A stretch of 32,000 nucleotides of DNA from Promethearchaeum syntrophicum (GCF_008000775.2 NZ_CP042905.2:600001-632000), one strand, 5' to 3'; counted from the first letter of the stretch, positions 1 through 9,578 are shown. The notes: a model not told the origin generated them from the sequence alone. Numbers and translations are program-made.

Positions 1-363
1 CATCCCTACATAAGAACTTGTAGCTTTATACTGTCCTACCCAAATGGGATAGAATTTCAATTCTCGGCTTGTGATTATTGCTGAAGTTTCAAAATCCTGA
101 GGGGCTCCCGGAACTTTTTTAATCCAATCTTCCATTATAGATTGAGCTTCTTGACCATTGTAATGACAACGTATAATGTAATGATCTTTGATTATGTATG
201 TGCTTTTTGCTTCTTCGGTCAAATTTTCACCAGTAATATTGGAACCATCGGGACCGACCATCAGAGAAACTTGAATGGCGGTTCCACAGAAGTCACAAGT
301 ATGGATGGGGCTAGGGGGAACTTCAAGATCAGCTGCACAATTTGGACATACTATTTTTACCAT
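1..363 (-). CDS. Zinc-ribbon protein, partial (runs off left edge)
   Basis: Reverse complement from 363 reads MVKIVCPNCAADLEVPPSPIHTCDFCGTAIQVSLMVGPDG...ELKFYPIWVGQYKATSSYVGM, open to window start; CPNC..CDFCG zinc ribbon; AGGAGGT (RC of 371-377) just upstream. Absent from the ORF track because it is truncated. Confidence 0.75.
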   Translation of the reverse strand, partial: MVKIVCPNCAADLEVPPSPIHTCDFCGTAIQVSLMVGPDGSNITGENLTEEAKSTYIIKDHYIIRCHYNGQEAQSIMEDWIKKVPGAPQDFETSAIITSRELKFYPIWVGQYKATSSYVGM

Positions 364-364
364 C

Positions 365-1456
365 TTATTTACCTCCTCTTAACGCCTTTTTTGCGGCTTT
401 TAATGATATACGACGTTCCTTTTTAATTTCTTTCATGGATGATTTTTCCAGCTGCATTTTAAACGCTTTTCGGATGGGAATGGCACTACAACTGATACCC
501 ACCACTCCCAATATTATCAAAATTATTCCTATCACAGCAGTGTCTTCTATAGCTGACATTTGAATTCCGAAATTTCCTAAGATCGCTGAAACCAAAATCA
601 ATACCGTCCCCAAAACATAATTTATAATCCTTTGTTTCGTGGTGATGGGAACTTCACCCTTAACCACCTTTCCGGAATCTCCAGCTACCGAGACCTTATA
701 GATTTTATCCTCAAGTCGATAGCGGACCGACCATAAGGGTGAATGCACGTAAAGTGGATTTTCCACGGTGATTTCCGAGTCACAACGAACCAATTTATGG
801 AGATTTGAAGCGGCCATTGACCGATTTTTATTTTCAATATCGCCATATGCTTCCATTTGAGCTTCATTGGGCTCCACTTCCGCATTTATAAATTCTGAAT
901 TGGCATCTTTGACTTTCTCAAAATCAAAATCAACCACATTATCAAGAAACAAAGTTGAATTAAATTCTGAAAACCCATAAAAAGCAGTATGTTTGCGGGC
1001 AATAATATTCTGTTTACCATTTCTGGAAAAATTTCCTTTCGTATCTTTCCAGACGGTCACTTGATATGCTTCTTGGTAAGTTTCCGTCCTTTTTTTACCA
1101 TTGGAGTCTGTTACAGTTCTAGTCTTAGTACGATGTCTTGTAACAGACCCTCGCTGCACTCCATAATACTCCGTATGCGATTTAAACGGGACTATCCAAT
1201 ATGGCAAGTAATTAGCTTTGACTTCATCAATGGAAATTGAATTTATATCGGTTTTATTTTTTTTTAAAAATTCAGTAACGTTTGCGCGAATTTCTTTCTG
1301 AGATTTTGTGGGAATCATTTTATGACCAGCCACTTTATTAAAATCCACATCATATGTTTCTCCACAGTATTCGCAAGTAATCACGATATTTTCTGGAGAA
1401 AGTTTTAAGGTTGCACCACAATTAGTGCAAGGTTTTGTAAGCTTACTTTCTGTCAA
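365..1456 (-). CDS. Zinc-ribbon membrane protein
   Basis: N-terminal CTNCGATL...CEYCGETY zinc ribbon; C-terminal hydrophobic segments (VLGTVLILVSAILGNFG; AVIGIILIILGVVGISC); paralogous in style to the 1-363 gene. Confidence 0.7.
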   Translation of the reverse strand: MTESKLTKPCTNCGATLKLSPENIVITCEYCGETYDVDFNKVAGHKMIPTKSQKEIRANVTEFLKKNKTDINSISIDEVKANYLPYWIVPFKSHTEYYGVQRGSVTRHRTKTRTVTDSNGKKRTETYQEAYQVTVWKDTKGNFSRNGKQNIIARKHTAFYGFSEFNSTLFLDNVVDFDFEKVKDANSEFINAEVEPNEAQMEAYGDIENKNRSMAASNLHKLVRCDSEITVENPLYVHSPLWSVRYRLEDKIYKVSVAGDSGKVVKGEVPITTKQRIINYVLGTVLILVSAILGNFGIQMSAIEDTAVIGIILIILGVVGISCSAIPIRKAFKMQLEKSSMKEIKKERRISLKAAKKALRGGK

Positions 1457-1539
1457 TATTTTTCACCTGTAATGCTTCATACATAAAATGAAAGTTATTT
1501 AATAGTAAATTTGTAAAAAAAAAAAAAGGTAGAAAAAAT

Positions 1540-2667
1540 TTATTGTTTTGCCCCACATTTCTCGCAAAATCGCTGACCAGGATCCAACGGGTCTCCACAC
1601 TTATAACATTTTAAAGGACCAGCAGGATGACCACATTGTTCACAGAATTTTTGTCCTTCATCAAGCGGGTCTCCACAATTTTTGCAAAGATCTTCTGAAG
1701 CGGGTGTACCACATTTATCACAGAATTTCTCATCTTTATCAAGTGGATCTCCACATTTTTTGCATTTACCACCTTCACCAGTTGATTTGGGTACTGCTGG
1801 GGGGTGGGGATCCTTTCCACAATTAGAACATGCTTTGGCATCTAATTTTAATTGAGTGCCACAATGAGCGCAAGTCATAAAATCGCCTCCACCACCAGCA
1901 ACTGCCCCAGTTTTCATTCCTCCGCTCATAATATAAGCTGATGCTGCTCCTCCTGTAGATTTACCCAATTCCTTCGCTACATCCTTTTGGGTTTCCGCAG
2001 CCATAACTGAACCTGCACCAACACCACCAGTCTGCATGAAGAATAATCTGTCGCGATATTTCTCTTCTGTATCGATTTTTAAGAATTTTACATCGATTAA
2101 TTCCAAACCAATTTTAGTAAATGCAGTTTGAATTTCTGCTTTCACAGCTGTGGAAGTTTCTTTCAATTTCCCATAAACTTGCCGCAAAGTGTATTGAGAG
2201 AGCGCTCCAATCAAATTCTCATTGAAATATCCCCGAATATAGTTGTTAACTGCCATTGTTGTAAATAGGTTATTGTTTCCACAAATTTCAAGCACAAATT
2301 TTTGAGGATCTGCAATTTTAAACCAATATTGTCCGTTGAACATTAACGGGGCTAATTCTTGCGTTTGGGTACGCCCACCGAATTTTCCATCAAATTGCGA
2401 TTTACTTACAAAAATACAAGAGGCTTCAAAAACATCGCCTACAAATAGTTTGATTAAACCGCCTAACAATGGGAGATCCATTGTTTTTATCATATGTCTA
2501 CCAGGACCAAATAAATCAAGGGCTTTTCCATCTTTAAAGAACATTCCCCATTGACTTTCTGTCACAATTATGGTAGAACCCCAATTGAGTCGATTACTGG
2601 GAAAACGCCAGACAATATCTCCGGGTCGGGCATCTTTCCATTCGACTACCATTCCGCCGAGTGCCAT
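1540..2667 (-). CDS. SPFH-domain protein with multiple C-terminal double zinc ribbons (virion-core-protein/YdjI-like)
   Basis: N-terminal SPFH-like region (DIVWRFPSNRLNWGSTIIVTESQWGMFFKDGKALDLFGPGRHMIKT), then CAHCGTQLKLDAKACSNCG, CKKCGDPLDKDEKFCDKCG, CKNCGDPLDEGQKFCEQCG, CYKCGDPLDPGQRFCEKCG. Confidence 0.8.
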   Translation of the reverse strand: MALGGMVVEWKDARPGDIVWRFPSNRLNWGSTIIVTESQWGMFFKDGKALDLFGPGRHMIKTMDLPLLGGLIKLFVGDVFEASCIFVSKSQFDGKFGGRTQTQELAPLMFNGQYWFKIADPQKFVLEICGNNNLFTTMAVNNYIRGYFNENLIGALSQYTLRQVYGKLKETSTAVKAEIQTAFTKIGLELIDVKFLKIDTEEKYRDRLFFMQTGGVGAGSVMAAETQKDVAKELGKSTGGAASAYIMSGGMKTGAVAGGGGDFMTCAHCGTQLKLDAKACSNCGKDPHPPAVPKSTGEGGKCKKCGDPLDKDEKFCDKCGTPASEDLCKNCGDPLDEGQKFCEQCGHPAGPLKCYKCGDPLDPGQRFCEKCGAKQ

Positions 2668-3020
2668 AAAAGTTCACATTGTTTTTATTTCATATTGCTA
2701 AAGATTAGAACGATTTCTTGGGAAAAAATAACTTTAGCACATCCCTAAAATAATTAAGAAGATCGGACTTAAAAGATGATCTCGAGAATATCGAATTTCT
2801 TAATTTTGAATGCTAATGAAATATTTTAAAATGGTTTTTTCCAGAAATTTAATGAACTCCTGATGCAGTGAGAAATTTTAATTAAAGGCATCCGTTTGCA
2901 ATGTATTTTCAGAAAATATGGAATGAAATACATCTACAAATAAGAATAAGGATAATGGGAACAATGATCCTTAATTTAATCGTTAAGATTGAGAAAAAAA
3001 AAGATAAAAAAAAATTAAAT

Positions 3021-3503
3021 TTAATCTCGGTGAAGATGATGATCCCACAATCCATCTTTTTTGCCTTGTAATTCATAGGTCGCCATTAACTCATTGGATT
3101 GCGATTCTTCTTCAATTTGTTCGTGAACAAACCATTGTAACATTTCTATAGCTTCATATTCTTTCTTTTCATATGCAAGTTCTAATAACCCTCGAATCTT
3201 CTTTGTAATGAATTCTTCATGTTCGATGGTTGCTTTAATGGTAGCTTCGGTGTTTGGATATTCAGTCGGGACTTCTCCGATTGTATTCAATTTTACATGC
3301 CCGCCAGTTTCAATAATATAATTCATAAAGCGTTCTGCATGTTCATATTCTTCTTTAAATTGTTTTTTCATCCACGCTGCATAATTATGCAGAGAACGCT
3401 CTTCTGCCCAAAGAGAGATGCCTAAATATATATAACCAGATTTTAATTCTTCGGTTATTTGAGCGTTAATTGCATCATTCATTTCTTTACTAATTAATGT
3501 CAT
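3021..3503 (-). CDS. ftnA: Ferritin (non-heme)
   Basis: MNDAINAQITEELKSGYIYLGISLWAEERSLHNYAAWMKKQFKEEYEHAERFMNYI...FVHEQIEEE: ferritin four-helix iron-ligand pattern. Confidence 0.9.
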   Translation of the reverse strand: MTLISKEMNDAINAQITEELKSGYIYLGISLWAEERSLHNYAAWMKKQFKEEYEHAERFMNYIIETGGHVKLNTIGEVPTEYPNTEATIKATIEHEEFITKKIRGLLELAYEKKEYEAIEMLQWFVHEQIEEESQSNELMATYELQGKKDGLWDHHLHRD

Positions 3504-3694
3504 TTGTAATCAAATATGGATAAGAAAATGTCTTAATTAAAACTGATTATTTATACTATAAATCGATTTTGCTAGTTTAATTATAATTTGTAAAGGAAAA
3601 ATGAATTGTCTTTCATTTATTAAAACCCATTTTATATTTTCTTTCTTTTTTATTAGAAGTAGTCTTTTTTATCCTAGCTCTCAGTAATTATTTA

Positions 3695-3937
3695 ATGTCA
3701 AACGAAGAAAAACCAAAAATTTCTCTTGATTGCATTGGATTATTTTGCCCCGAGCCGTTATTTGAAACACGTGAGAAGATAGATTCTATTGATGTTGGCG
3801 ATGTTCTAGAAGTATTTGCAGATGATCCCGCAGCTGAAGAAGATTTGAAGCGATTTTGTAAAAGAACTGGCCACTCTCTTCTTAAATTTGAGAATAATAA
3901 TGGTGAATTTCGATTTTTAATTAAAAAAGAAAAATAA
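3695..3937 (+). CDS. tusA: TusA/SirA-family sulfurtransferase
   Basis: LDCIGLFCPEPLFETREKIDSIDVGDVLEVFADDPAAEEDLKRFCKRTGHSLL: CPxP motif and conserved C-terminal pattern. Confidence 0.85.
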   Translation: MSNEEKPKISLDCIGLFCPEPLFETREKIDSIDVGDVLEVFADDPAAEEDLKRFCKRTGHSLLKFENNNGEFRFLIKKEK

Positions 3938-3944
3938 ATTAGAG

Positions 3945-4316
3945 ATGAAAAAAATGAAAAATGAAAACTCAATTTTATATGTACAGACAAGTGATGATGC
4001 GGAACGTCAATATTCTCCCCTAGTTTTGGCTCAATCTGCAAAAGCGATGGATATTGATGCAAAAGTCTATTATCTTGGCCAAGGTTTACGAACTCTCAAA
4101 CCTGAAACTGCAAAAAACATTAAACTCGGAAATTTCCCGAGTATTGAAGAAATGATTCAAAAAACTCTAGATATGGGTATAGAAATTTTTGTGTGTGAAG
4201 CATCTAAACAAATGCTCGGTTGGGACAAAGTTACATTAGTTCCTGGTTGTAAAATTGTTGGAGCTGCAACCTTGAATGATTTAGTTCTAGATGCTGGCGC
4301 AACAATGTGGTTTTAA
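3945..4316 (+). CDS. DsrE/DsrF-like family protein
   Basis: ILYVQTSDDAERQYSPLVLAQSAKAMDIDAKVYYLGQGLRTL...IEIFVCEASKQMLGW...IVGAATLNDLVLDAGATMWF; adjacent to tusA. Confidence 0.75.
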   Translation: MKKMKNENSILYVQTSDDAERQYSPLVLAQSAKAMDIDAKVYYLGQGLRTLKPETAKNIKLGNFPSIEEMIQKTLDMGIEIFVCEASKQMLGWDKVTLVPGCKIVGAATLNDLVLDAGATMWF

Positions 4317-4422
4317 TTATAATTAAGCCCTTTTTTCTTACTTGTTAATTACAAAAAAAAATATAGAAAAATGAGAATAGGGTTAGAAAATAAAAGAAAT
4401 ATCAAATAAAAGGAAAAAAAAA

Positions 4423-5610
4423 ATGTTAGAAACAAATAAGAAACAAATATACTTGGATTACCAATCATCAAAACCAGTAGATCCCCGAGTAATTGATGCA
4501 ATGATTCCCATTTTTAATGAAAAATATGGAAATCCCTCATCCCTTCATGGAATCGGTGATCAAGCAACTGATCTCCTCGAAAAAAACCGTGAAATCATCG
4601 GAAAATTCATTAATGCGGACTCAAACGAAATTCTATTTACAAGTAGTGCCACCGAATCGATTAACCTCGGCATTTTGGGTTATGCACTACGAAATAAAAG
4701 AAATGGTAACCACATTATTATCTCGGAAGTCGAGCATATTTCATTACATAATATCGCAAAATATCTTGAAAAAAACGGTTTTCGAGTCTCAAAAGTGCCT
4801 GTTGATCAATATGGTCGTGTTAAAATAAACAAAATTAAATCTCGCATTACCGACCAAACTATTCTGATCTCAGTTCAGATGGCAAATAATGAAATCGGAA
4901 CTATTCAACCAATTAAAGAAATCGGAGAAATCGCATCCGAACATAATATTCCCTTTCACACTGATGCTGTTGCTGCTGAAGGGCAAATCCCGATTGACGT
5001 AAAAAAAAATAACATCAATATGTTAACTTTAAGTAGCAATGATATCTATGGTCCAAAAGGAGTGGGTGTATTGTATTTGAAGAAAGGTATTCGAGTTCAA
5101 CCTCAAATTATAGGAGGAGGACAAGAACGTGGATTTCGTTCTAGTACAGAAAACATATCTGGAATTGTTGGAATGGGAAAAGCGGTGGAAATTGCACAGC
5201 AAGAAATGGAAAGTGAATCCAAACGATTAATTGGTTTTAGAGAAAAAATAATTAAGGAAATTATAGAAGGAATTCCACAAACATATCTAAATGGCCATCC
5301 AACAGATAGACTACCAAACAATTCACATTTCAGATTTGAAGCAATAGAAGGGGAATCCATTCTTCTATCTTTTAAAGATCTGGGAATTGCAGTATCTACT
5401 GGATCAGCATGCAGCTCGAAAACATTGGAACCGTCTCACACATTAATTGCTACGGGACTTTTACATGAAGAAGCTCACGGGTCTCTTGAAATTACCACAG
5501 GAAGATTTACAACTCCTAATGATGTTGAGAAAATGATTGAAGTAACTCCCGGGATTGTCAAAAGATTACGGGATTTATCACCTCTCTACAAGGAAAAACC
5601 CGAAAATTAA
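4423..5610 (+). CDS. iscS: Cysteine desulfurase (IscS/NifS family)
   Basis: YLDYQSSKPVDPRVIDAM...NPSSLHGIG, FTSSATESINLGI, SVQMANNEIGTIQP, HTDAVAAEGQ, STGSACSS catalytic loop. The lysine-pocket motif is degenerate (SSNDIYGPKGVGVLY). Confidence 0.9.
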   Translation: MLETNKKQIYLDYQSSKPVDPRVIDAMIPIFNEKYGNPSSLHGIGDQATDLLEKNREIIGKFINADSNEILFTSSATESINLGILGYALRNKRNGNHIIISEVEHISLHNIAKYLEKNGFRVSKVPVDQYGRVKINKIKSRITDQTILISVQMANNEIGTIQPIKEIGEIASEHNIPFHTDAVAAEGQIPIDVKKNNINMLTLSSNDIYGPKGVGVLYLKKGIRVQPQIIGGGQERGFRSSTENISGIVGMGKAVEIAQQEMESESKRLIGFREKIIKEIIEGIPQTYLNGHPTDRLPNNSHFRFEAIEGESILLSFKDLGIAVSTGSACSSKTLEPSHTLIATGLLHEEAHGSLEITTGRFTTPNDVEKMIEVTPGIVKRLRDLSPLYKEKPEN

Positions 5611-5671
5611 GCTTACTAAAAAATAAAAAAATAAAAAAATAAAAAAATATTCAAAACAGGAAGAGAAAAAA

Positions 5672-6499
5672 ATGAAATCAACAAATTACTCAGAAAAAGT
5701 TTTAGACCACTTCAAAAACCCTAGAAATGTTGGGACTTTAGATGGTGGCGATGTTGCCAGTGGTAGGGTTGGAAACCCGACATGTGGTGATATCATGGAA
5801 ATGTATATTGAAGTGAAGGATGATATCATAAAAGATATCCGATTTCAAACCTTTGGTTGTGGATCTGCTGTTGCTACTTCTTCGATGACAACTGAAATGG
5901 TTAAGGGAATGTCTCTCGATCAAGCATTGAAAGTAACCCGAAAGGATGTTGCAAACGAATTAGATGGTTTACCTCCAATTAAAATGCATTGCAGTAATCT
6001 CGCAGCGGATGCTCTTCATGAAGCGATCCGCAATTACCGCGCAGGAAATTATAATAAAGAACCCACAGGAATAGCGGAAATTAAACCCCAAACTAACGTT
6101 ATTAAAGGTGAAATCGATTATATTGGTAAAGGAGTCTCTTATCAAGTTAAAAATTATGCTGATTATAAAGATCAACGGGTTTTAGTTCTATTTAAAGGAG
6201 ATATTTCAATCGAAATTGCTCTAGAATTAACGAAGCATACTGGTAGGGTAATTTTATTAACCCTTGAAAAAGAAATAAAGAGTGATAATGATTTAAGAAA
6301 GAAACTTCTACGGTCTGATGTTAAACTTTTGTACGAAGCAAAACTCCTGGAAATTCTCGGAGAAGGTGAAGTGGAAAAAGTTAAGATTTTAGACTTAGAT
6401 GAGGAAGATAAATATGATCTTTTTGTAGATTCAGTTATTATTCCCGAACATTTAACTATCCCAAGCACAACTGAATGTTCGGATGATATTCCTCTTTGA
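5672..6499 (+). CDS. iscU: IscU/NifU-type Fe-S scaffold with C-terminal thioredoxin-reductase-like (Rossmann-like) extension
   Basis: N-terminus has GNPTCGDIMEMYI, FGCGSAVATSSM and MHCSNLAADAL (three cysteine sites); C-terminus VLVLFKGDISIEIALELTKHTGRVILLTLEKEIKSDNDLRKKLLRSDVKLLYEAKLLEILGEGEVEKVKIL. Confidence 0.85.
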   Translation: MKSTNYSEKVLDHFKNPRNVGTLDGGDVASGRVGNPTCGDIMEMYIEVKDDIIKDIRFQTFGCGSAVATSSMTTEMVKGMSLDQALKVTRKDVANELDGLPPIKMHCSNLAADALHEAIRNYRAGNYNKEPTGIAEIKPQTNVIKGEIDYIGKGVSYQVKNYADYKDQRVLVLFKGDISIEIALELTKHTGRVILLTLEKEIKSDNDLRKKLLRSDVKLLYEAKLLEILGEGEVEKVKILDLDEEDKYDLFVDSVIIPEHLTIPSTTECSDDIPL

Positions 6500-6706
6500 T
6501 ATTTTTGCTTTTTTTTTCATTTATTTCTATTATTAGAGTTTGACTAATAATTTTATTAATCCCCGAGTATTTCCTTAAAAACTCAATTTAACAGCATATA
6601 AACATTTAATAATGCTTATTTTGATCTAATATGTGACAATTTAGATGAAATTTTGTGAAAATGTAGATATTGTATAAATAGTTCAACTATCTCGGAAAAG
6701 AAAAAA

Positions 6707-9469
6707 ATGAGCAATGAAGAAAATAAGAAAGCTGATATCAAACTTAAGAAAAGTCACGTAATGATTGCAATATTAATAGGAACAATTGTACTTGGTATTG
6801 GTGCTTTGCGCCTACTTCACCATGATTTCAATATTGTAAGTCTGTATAACGATGATGAAATCGAATTTGATGTTTATGTTTCAGGATCGTATGCGTATGT
6901 AACGATATATCAGGATGGTTTAAAGGTTCTAGATATTTCCGATCCGACCAATCTGGTGGAAGTGGGACATTTTGATGATGGTGATGGTGGTGCAGAAAAG
7001 GTTTTTGTTTCGGAATCGTATGCGTATGTGGCGACAGATGAGGATGGTTTAAAGGTTATTGATATATCCGATCCCACCAATCCGGTGAAAGTGGGACATT
7101 TTGATGATGGTGATTATCCAGAAAGTGTTTATGTTTCTGGTTCATATGCTTATGTAGGGTATAATTATGATGCTGAAGGTTTGAAGATTATCGACATTTC
7201 CAATCCAACATCCCCCACGAAGGTTGGATTCTTTGACGATGGCAGTGATTATGCGCAAAATATTTATGTTTCCGGATCGTATGCTTACATAGCGGAAGCT
7301 GGGGATGGTTTGGCGATTCTCAACATTTCCAATCCAACAACTCCCACGAAAGTGGGACATTTTGATGATGGATTTGTACAGGATGTTTATGTTTCGGGAT
7401 CGTATGCGTATATTGTGGTAGGTAGTGATGGGTTAGCAATACTTAACATTTCTGATCCGACCGATCCAGTGGAAGTGGGGTATTTTGATGGTAGTGGTGG
7501 TGCAGAAAGTGTTTATGTTTCGGGATTGTATGCGTATGTGGCGACAGATGAGGAAGGTTTAAAGGTTATTGATATTTCCGATCCGACCAATCCAGTGGAA
7601 GTAGGACATTTTGATGATGGGGGAAATCTTAAAGAAGTGTTTGTGATCGGAGGTTATGCCTACGTTATCGATTGGAGAGATGGTTTGGAAATCATTGATC
7701 TTTGGAGCCCAAAAGAAAAAATTTCAAATAATATTCTATGGGGAATTATGGGTATTCTCATTTTTCTCACTCTGGTTGATCTCCGGGGCCTTATCAAGGA
7801 AGCTCTACCAATCTGGGAAGATTATCGAGATTTCAAGGATGAAGGGAAGAGAATAAAAATATTGGGTATATGTAAGGGTTTTTTCTTGACAATAGGAATA
7901 CATTTGGTTAATTTAATTATCCTTCTTCTATTTTGGAAACATCCCGATCCATATACATATCAAGTTATTCTAAAGTTCCTTATATTACCACTATTTATAA
8001 TATCCGTAGTAATTAACATTAAAATAATAACTCGAACTCTCAGACGAAATCGTATATACTTTTTCCTTGGATTGATATTTCCGTATTTAATGGCATTGCT
8101 TATTGGAATTTTCTTAATAATAAATTATATCATTATAAATGTTAGTCCAGGAACACTTCTTGTGAAAAATCCACAAGTTCACATAATTGTTCTTGGGTCA
8201 CTTAGCCTATCCCTTGGTATTCTATTGTTATTAATGTTAAAGATATATTCTAAAGAACAAGGGGATGGTCATCTAAAAGGAGAAAAAATGAAAGATGAAG
8301 AAAGAGAAAAAGAAGAAAAAAAGAAAATCGATACCAAACTCAAGAAAAGTCAGATTAATGCTGTGATATTATTAATCGGGTTAGTAGGACTTATTATTGG
8401 AGCAAGTTTTCTTCTTTATCATAATTTCAATATTATCGGGTATGTTGATAATGGTGGATTGGCAAATGATATTTATATTTCGGGGTCGTATGCGTACGTA
8501 GCGGATGGTCGTGATGGTTTAGAGATCATTGACATTTCTGAACCGACCGATCCAGTACAAGTGGGACAAATCTATGATGGTAGTGGAAATGCAAATAGTG
8601 TTGCTATTTCGGGGTCGTATGCGTACGTGGCGGATGGAACCGATGGTTTAGAGATTATTAACATTTCCGACCCGACCGCCCCCGTAAAAGTGGGAGAATT
8701 TTATGATGATAGTGGGGAGGCACTTGGCGTTGCTGTTTCGGGATCGTATGCGTACGTGGCGGATGGTCGTGATGGTTTAGAGATCATTGACATTTCCAAT
8801 CCGACCGATCCAGTACAAGTGGGTCAATTTGGACATTTCTATGATTATGGATATAGACGGGATGTTGCTGTTTCGGGGTCGTATGCGTACGTAGCGGATG
8901 GTCTTAATGGTTTAGAGATCATTGATATTTCCGATCCCACCACTCCTGTGGAAGTGGGACAAATTTATGATGGTGGAGATTCATATGGTGTTTCTGTTTC
9001 GGGATCGTATGCGTACGTGGCGGATGGTCGTGAAGGCTTAGAGATCATTGATATTTCCGATCCCACCACTCCCGTGGAAGTGGGACAAATCTATGCTGAT
9101 AAAGGATCTGCACGCGGTGTTTATATTTCGGGTTCGTATGCTTATGTCGCCCATAGTGAACATGGCTTAGAGATCGTTGACATTTCCGATCCGGCCAATC
9201 CGGTTGAAGTGGGAAACATCAATAGTTATAGTGGAAATGCACGTGGTGTTTCTGTTTCGGGTTCGTATGCTTACGTGGCGGATGGTCGTGGTGGTTTAGA
9301 GATTATCGATCCTTGGAGCTCAATAGAAATAATATCCAATATCATTCTTGGAATTCTAATCTTTCTGGTATTGGTGTTGATCTTCATTACATATTTAAAG
9401 AATTTTTACCACTCTAACGAGGATGTATCCAAAAAGATGGAGTATCAAAAATTGAATAATGATTATTGA
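6707..9469 (+). CDS. Large membrane protein with two LVIVD-repeat beta-propeller domains
   Basis: TM near N-terminus, 7 SGSYAYV..GLxIIDISDPTxPVxVG units, multi-TM region, Lys/Glu-rich linker, TM, another 7 units, C-terminal TM. Confidence 0.85.
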   Translation: MSNEENKKADIKLKKSHVMIAILIGTIVLGIGALRLLHHDFNIVSLYNDDEIEFDVYVSGSYAYVTIYQDGLKVLDISDPTNLVEVGHFDDGDGGAEKVFVSESYAYVATDEDGLKVIDISDPTNPVKVGHFDDGDYPESVYVSGSYAYVGYNYDAEGLKIIDISNPTSPTKVGFFDDGSDYAQNIYVSGSYAYIAEAGDGLAILNISNPTTPTKVGHFDDGFVQDVYVSGSYAYIVVGSDGLAILNISDPTDPVEVGYFDGSGGAESVYVSGLYAYVATDEEGLKVIDISDPTNPVEVGHFDDGGNLKEVFVIGGYAYVIDWRDGLEIIDLWSPKEKISNNILWGIMGILIFLTLVDLRGLIKEALPIWEDYRDFKDEGKRIKILGICKGFFLTIGIHLVNLIILLLFWKHPDPYTYQVILKFLILPLFIISVVINIKIITRTLRRNRIYFFLGLIFPYLMALLIGIFLIINYIIINVSPGTLLVKNPQVHIIVLGSLSLSLGILLLLMLKIYSKEQGDGHLKGEKMKDEEREKEEKKKIDTKLKKSQINAVILLIGLVGLIIGASFLLYHNFNIIGYVDNGGLANDIYISGSYAYVADGRDGLEIIDISEPTDPVQVGQIYDGSGNANSVAISGSYAYVADGTDGLEIINISDPTAPVKVGEFYDDSGEALGVAVSGSYAYVADGRDGLEIIDISNPTDPVQVGQFGHFYDYGYRRDVAVSGSYAYVADGLNGLEIIDISDPTTPVEVGQIYDGGDSYGVSVSGSYAYVADGREGLEIIDISDPTTPVEVGQIYADKGSARGVYISGSYAYVAHSEHGLEIVDISDPANPVEVGNINSYSGNARGVSVSGSYAYVADGRGGLEIIDPWSSIEIISNIILGILIFLVLVLIFITYLKNFYHSNEDVSKKMEYQKLNNDY
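6860..7710 (+). repeat. Tandem LVIVD-type coding repeats, block 1 (7 units)
   Basis: Recurring (tcg)tatgcgtatgt...ggatggttta...attgatatttccgatcc.acc units of ~120-135 bp. Confidence 0.8.
8450..9330 (+). repeat. Tandem LVIVD-type coding repeats, block 2 (7 units)
   Basis: Recurring tcggggtcgtatgcgtacgtagcggatggtcgtgatggtttagagatcattgacatttc units, more homogeneous than block 1. Confidence 0.85.
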
Positions 9470-9470
9470 C

Positions 9471-9578
9471 AATTCCAACCCGACCACCCCTCTAAAAGTG
9501 GGACAGTTCGATCATGAAGAGTATGCACACAGTGTCTATGTAGTCGGAAACTTTGCTTACTTAATTGATTATTTTAAT
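9471..9578 (+). pseudogene. Degraded fragment of an additional LVIVD repeat
   Basis: Reading from 9471 gives NSNPTTPLKVGQFDHEEYAHSVYVVGNFAYLIDYF, a repeat unit in a different frame from the upstream ORF and beyond its stop. Confidence 0.65.

Noticed and set aside
1548-1826. Plus-strand ORFs (92 aa and similar) antisense to the SPFH/zinc-ribbon gene, and 142..426 +, 342..563 +, 2336..2554 +
   Set aside because: They overlap strong minus-strand genes with clear domain motifs; compositions are mirror artefacts of zinc-ribbon or other coding sequence.
3945-4316. Complete DsrEFH/Tus relay
   Set aside because: Only one DsrE-like protein is present; no adjacent DsrF/DsrH paralogues.
6860-9330. Dense tandem repeats considered as a CRISPR-like or satellite array
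   Set aside because: Repeats lie in frame in one long ORF and encode LVIVD beta-propeller blades; no spacer-like constant-repeat/variable-spacer pattern.
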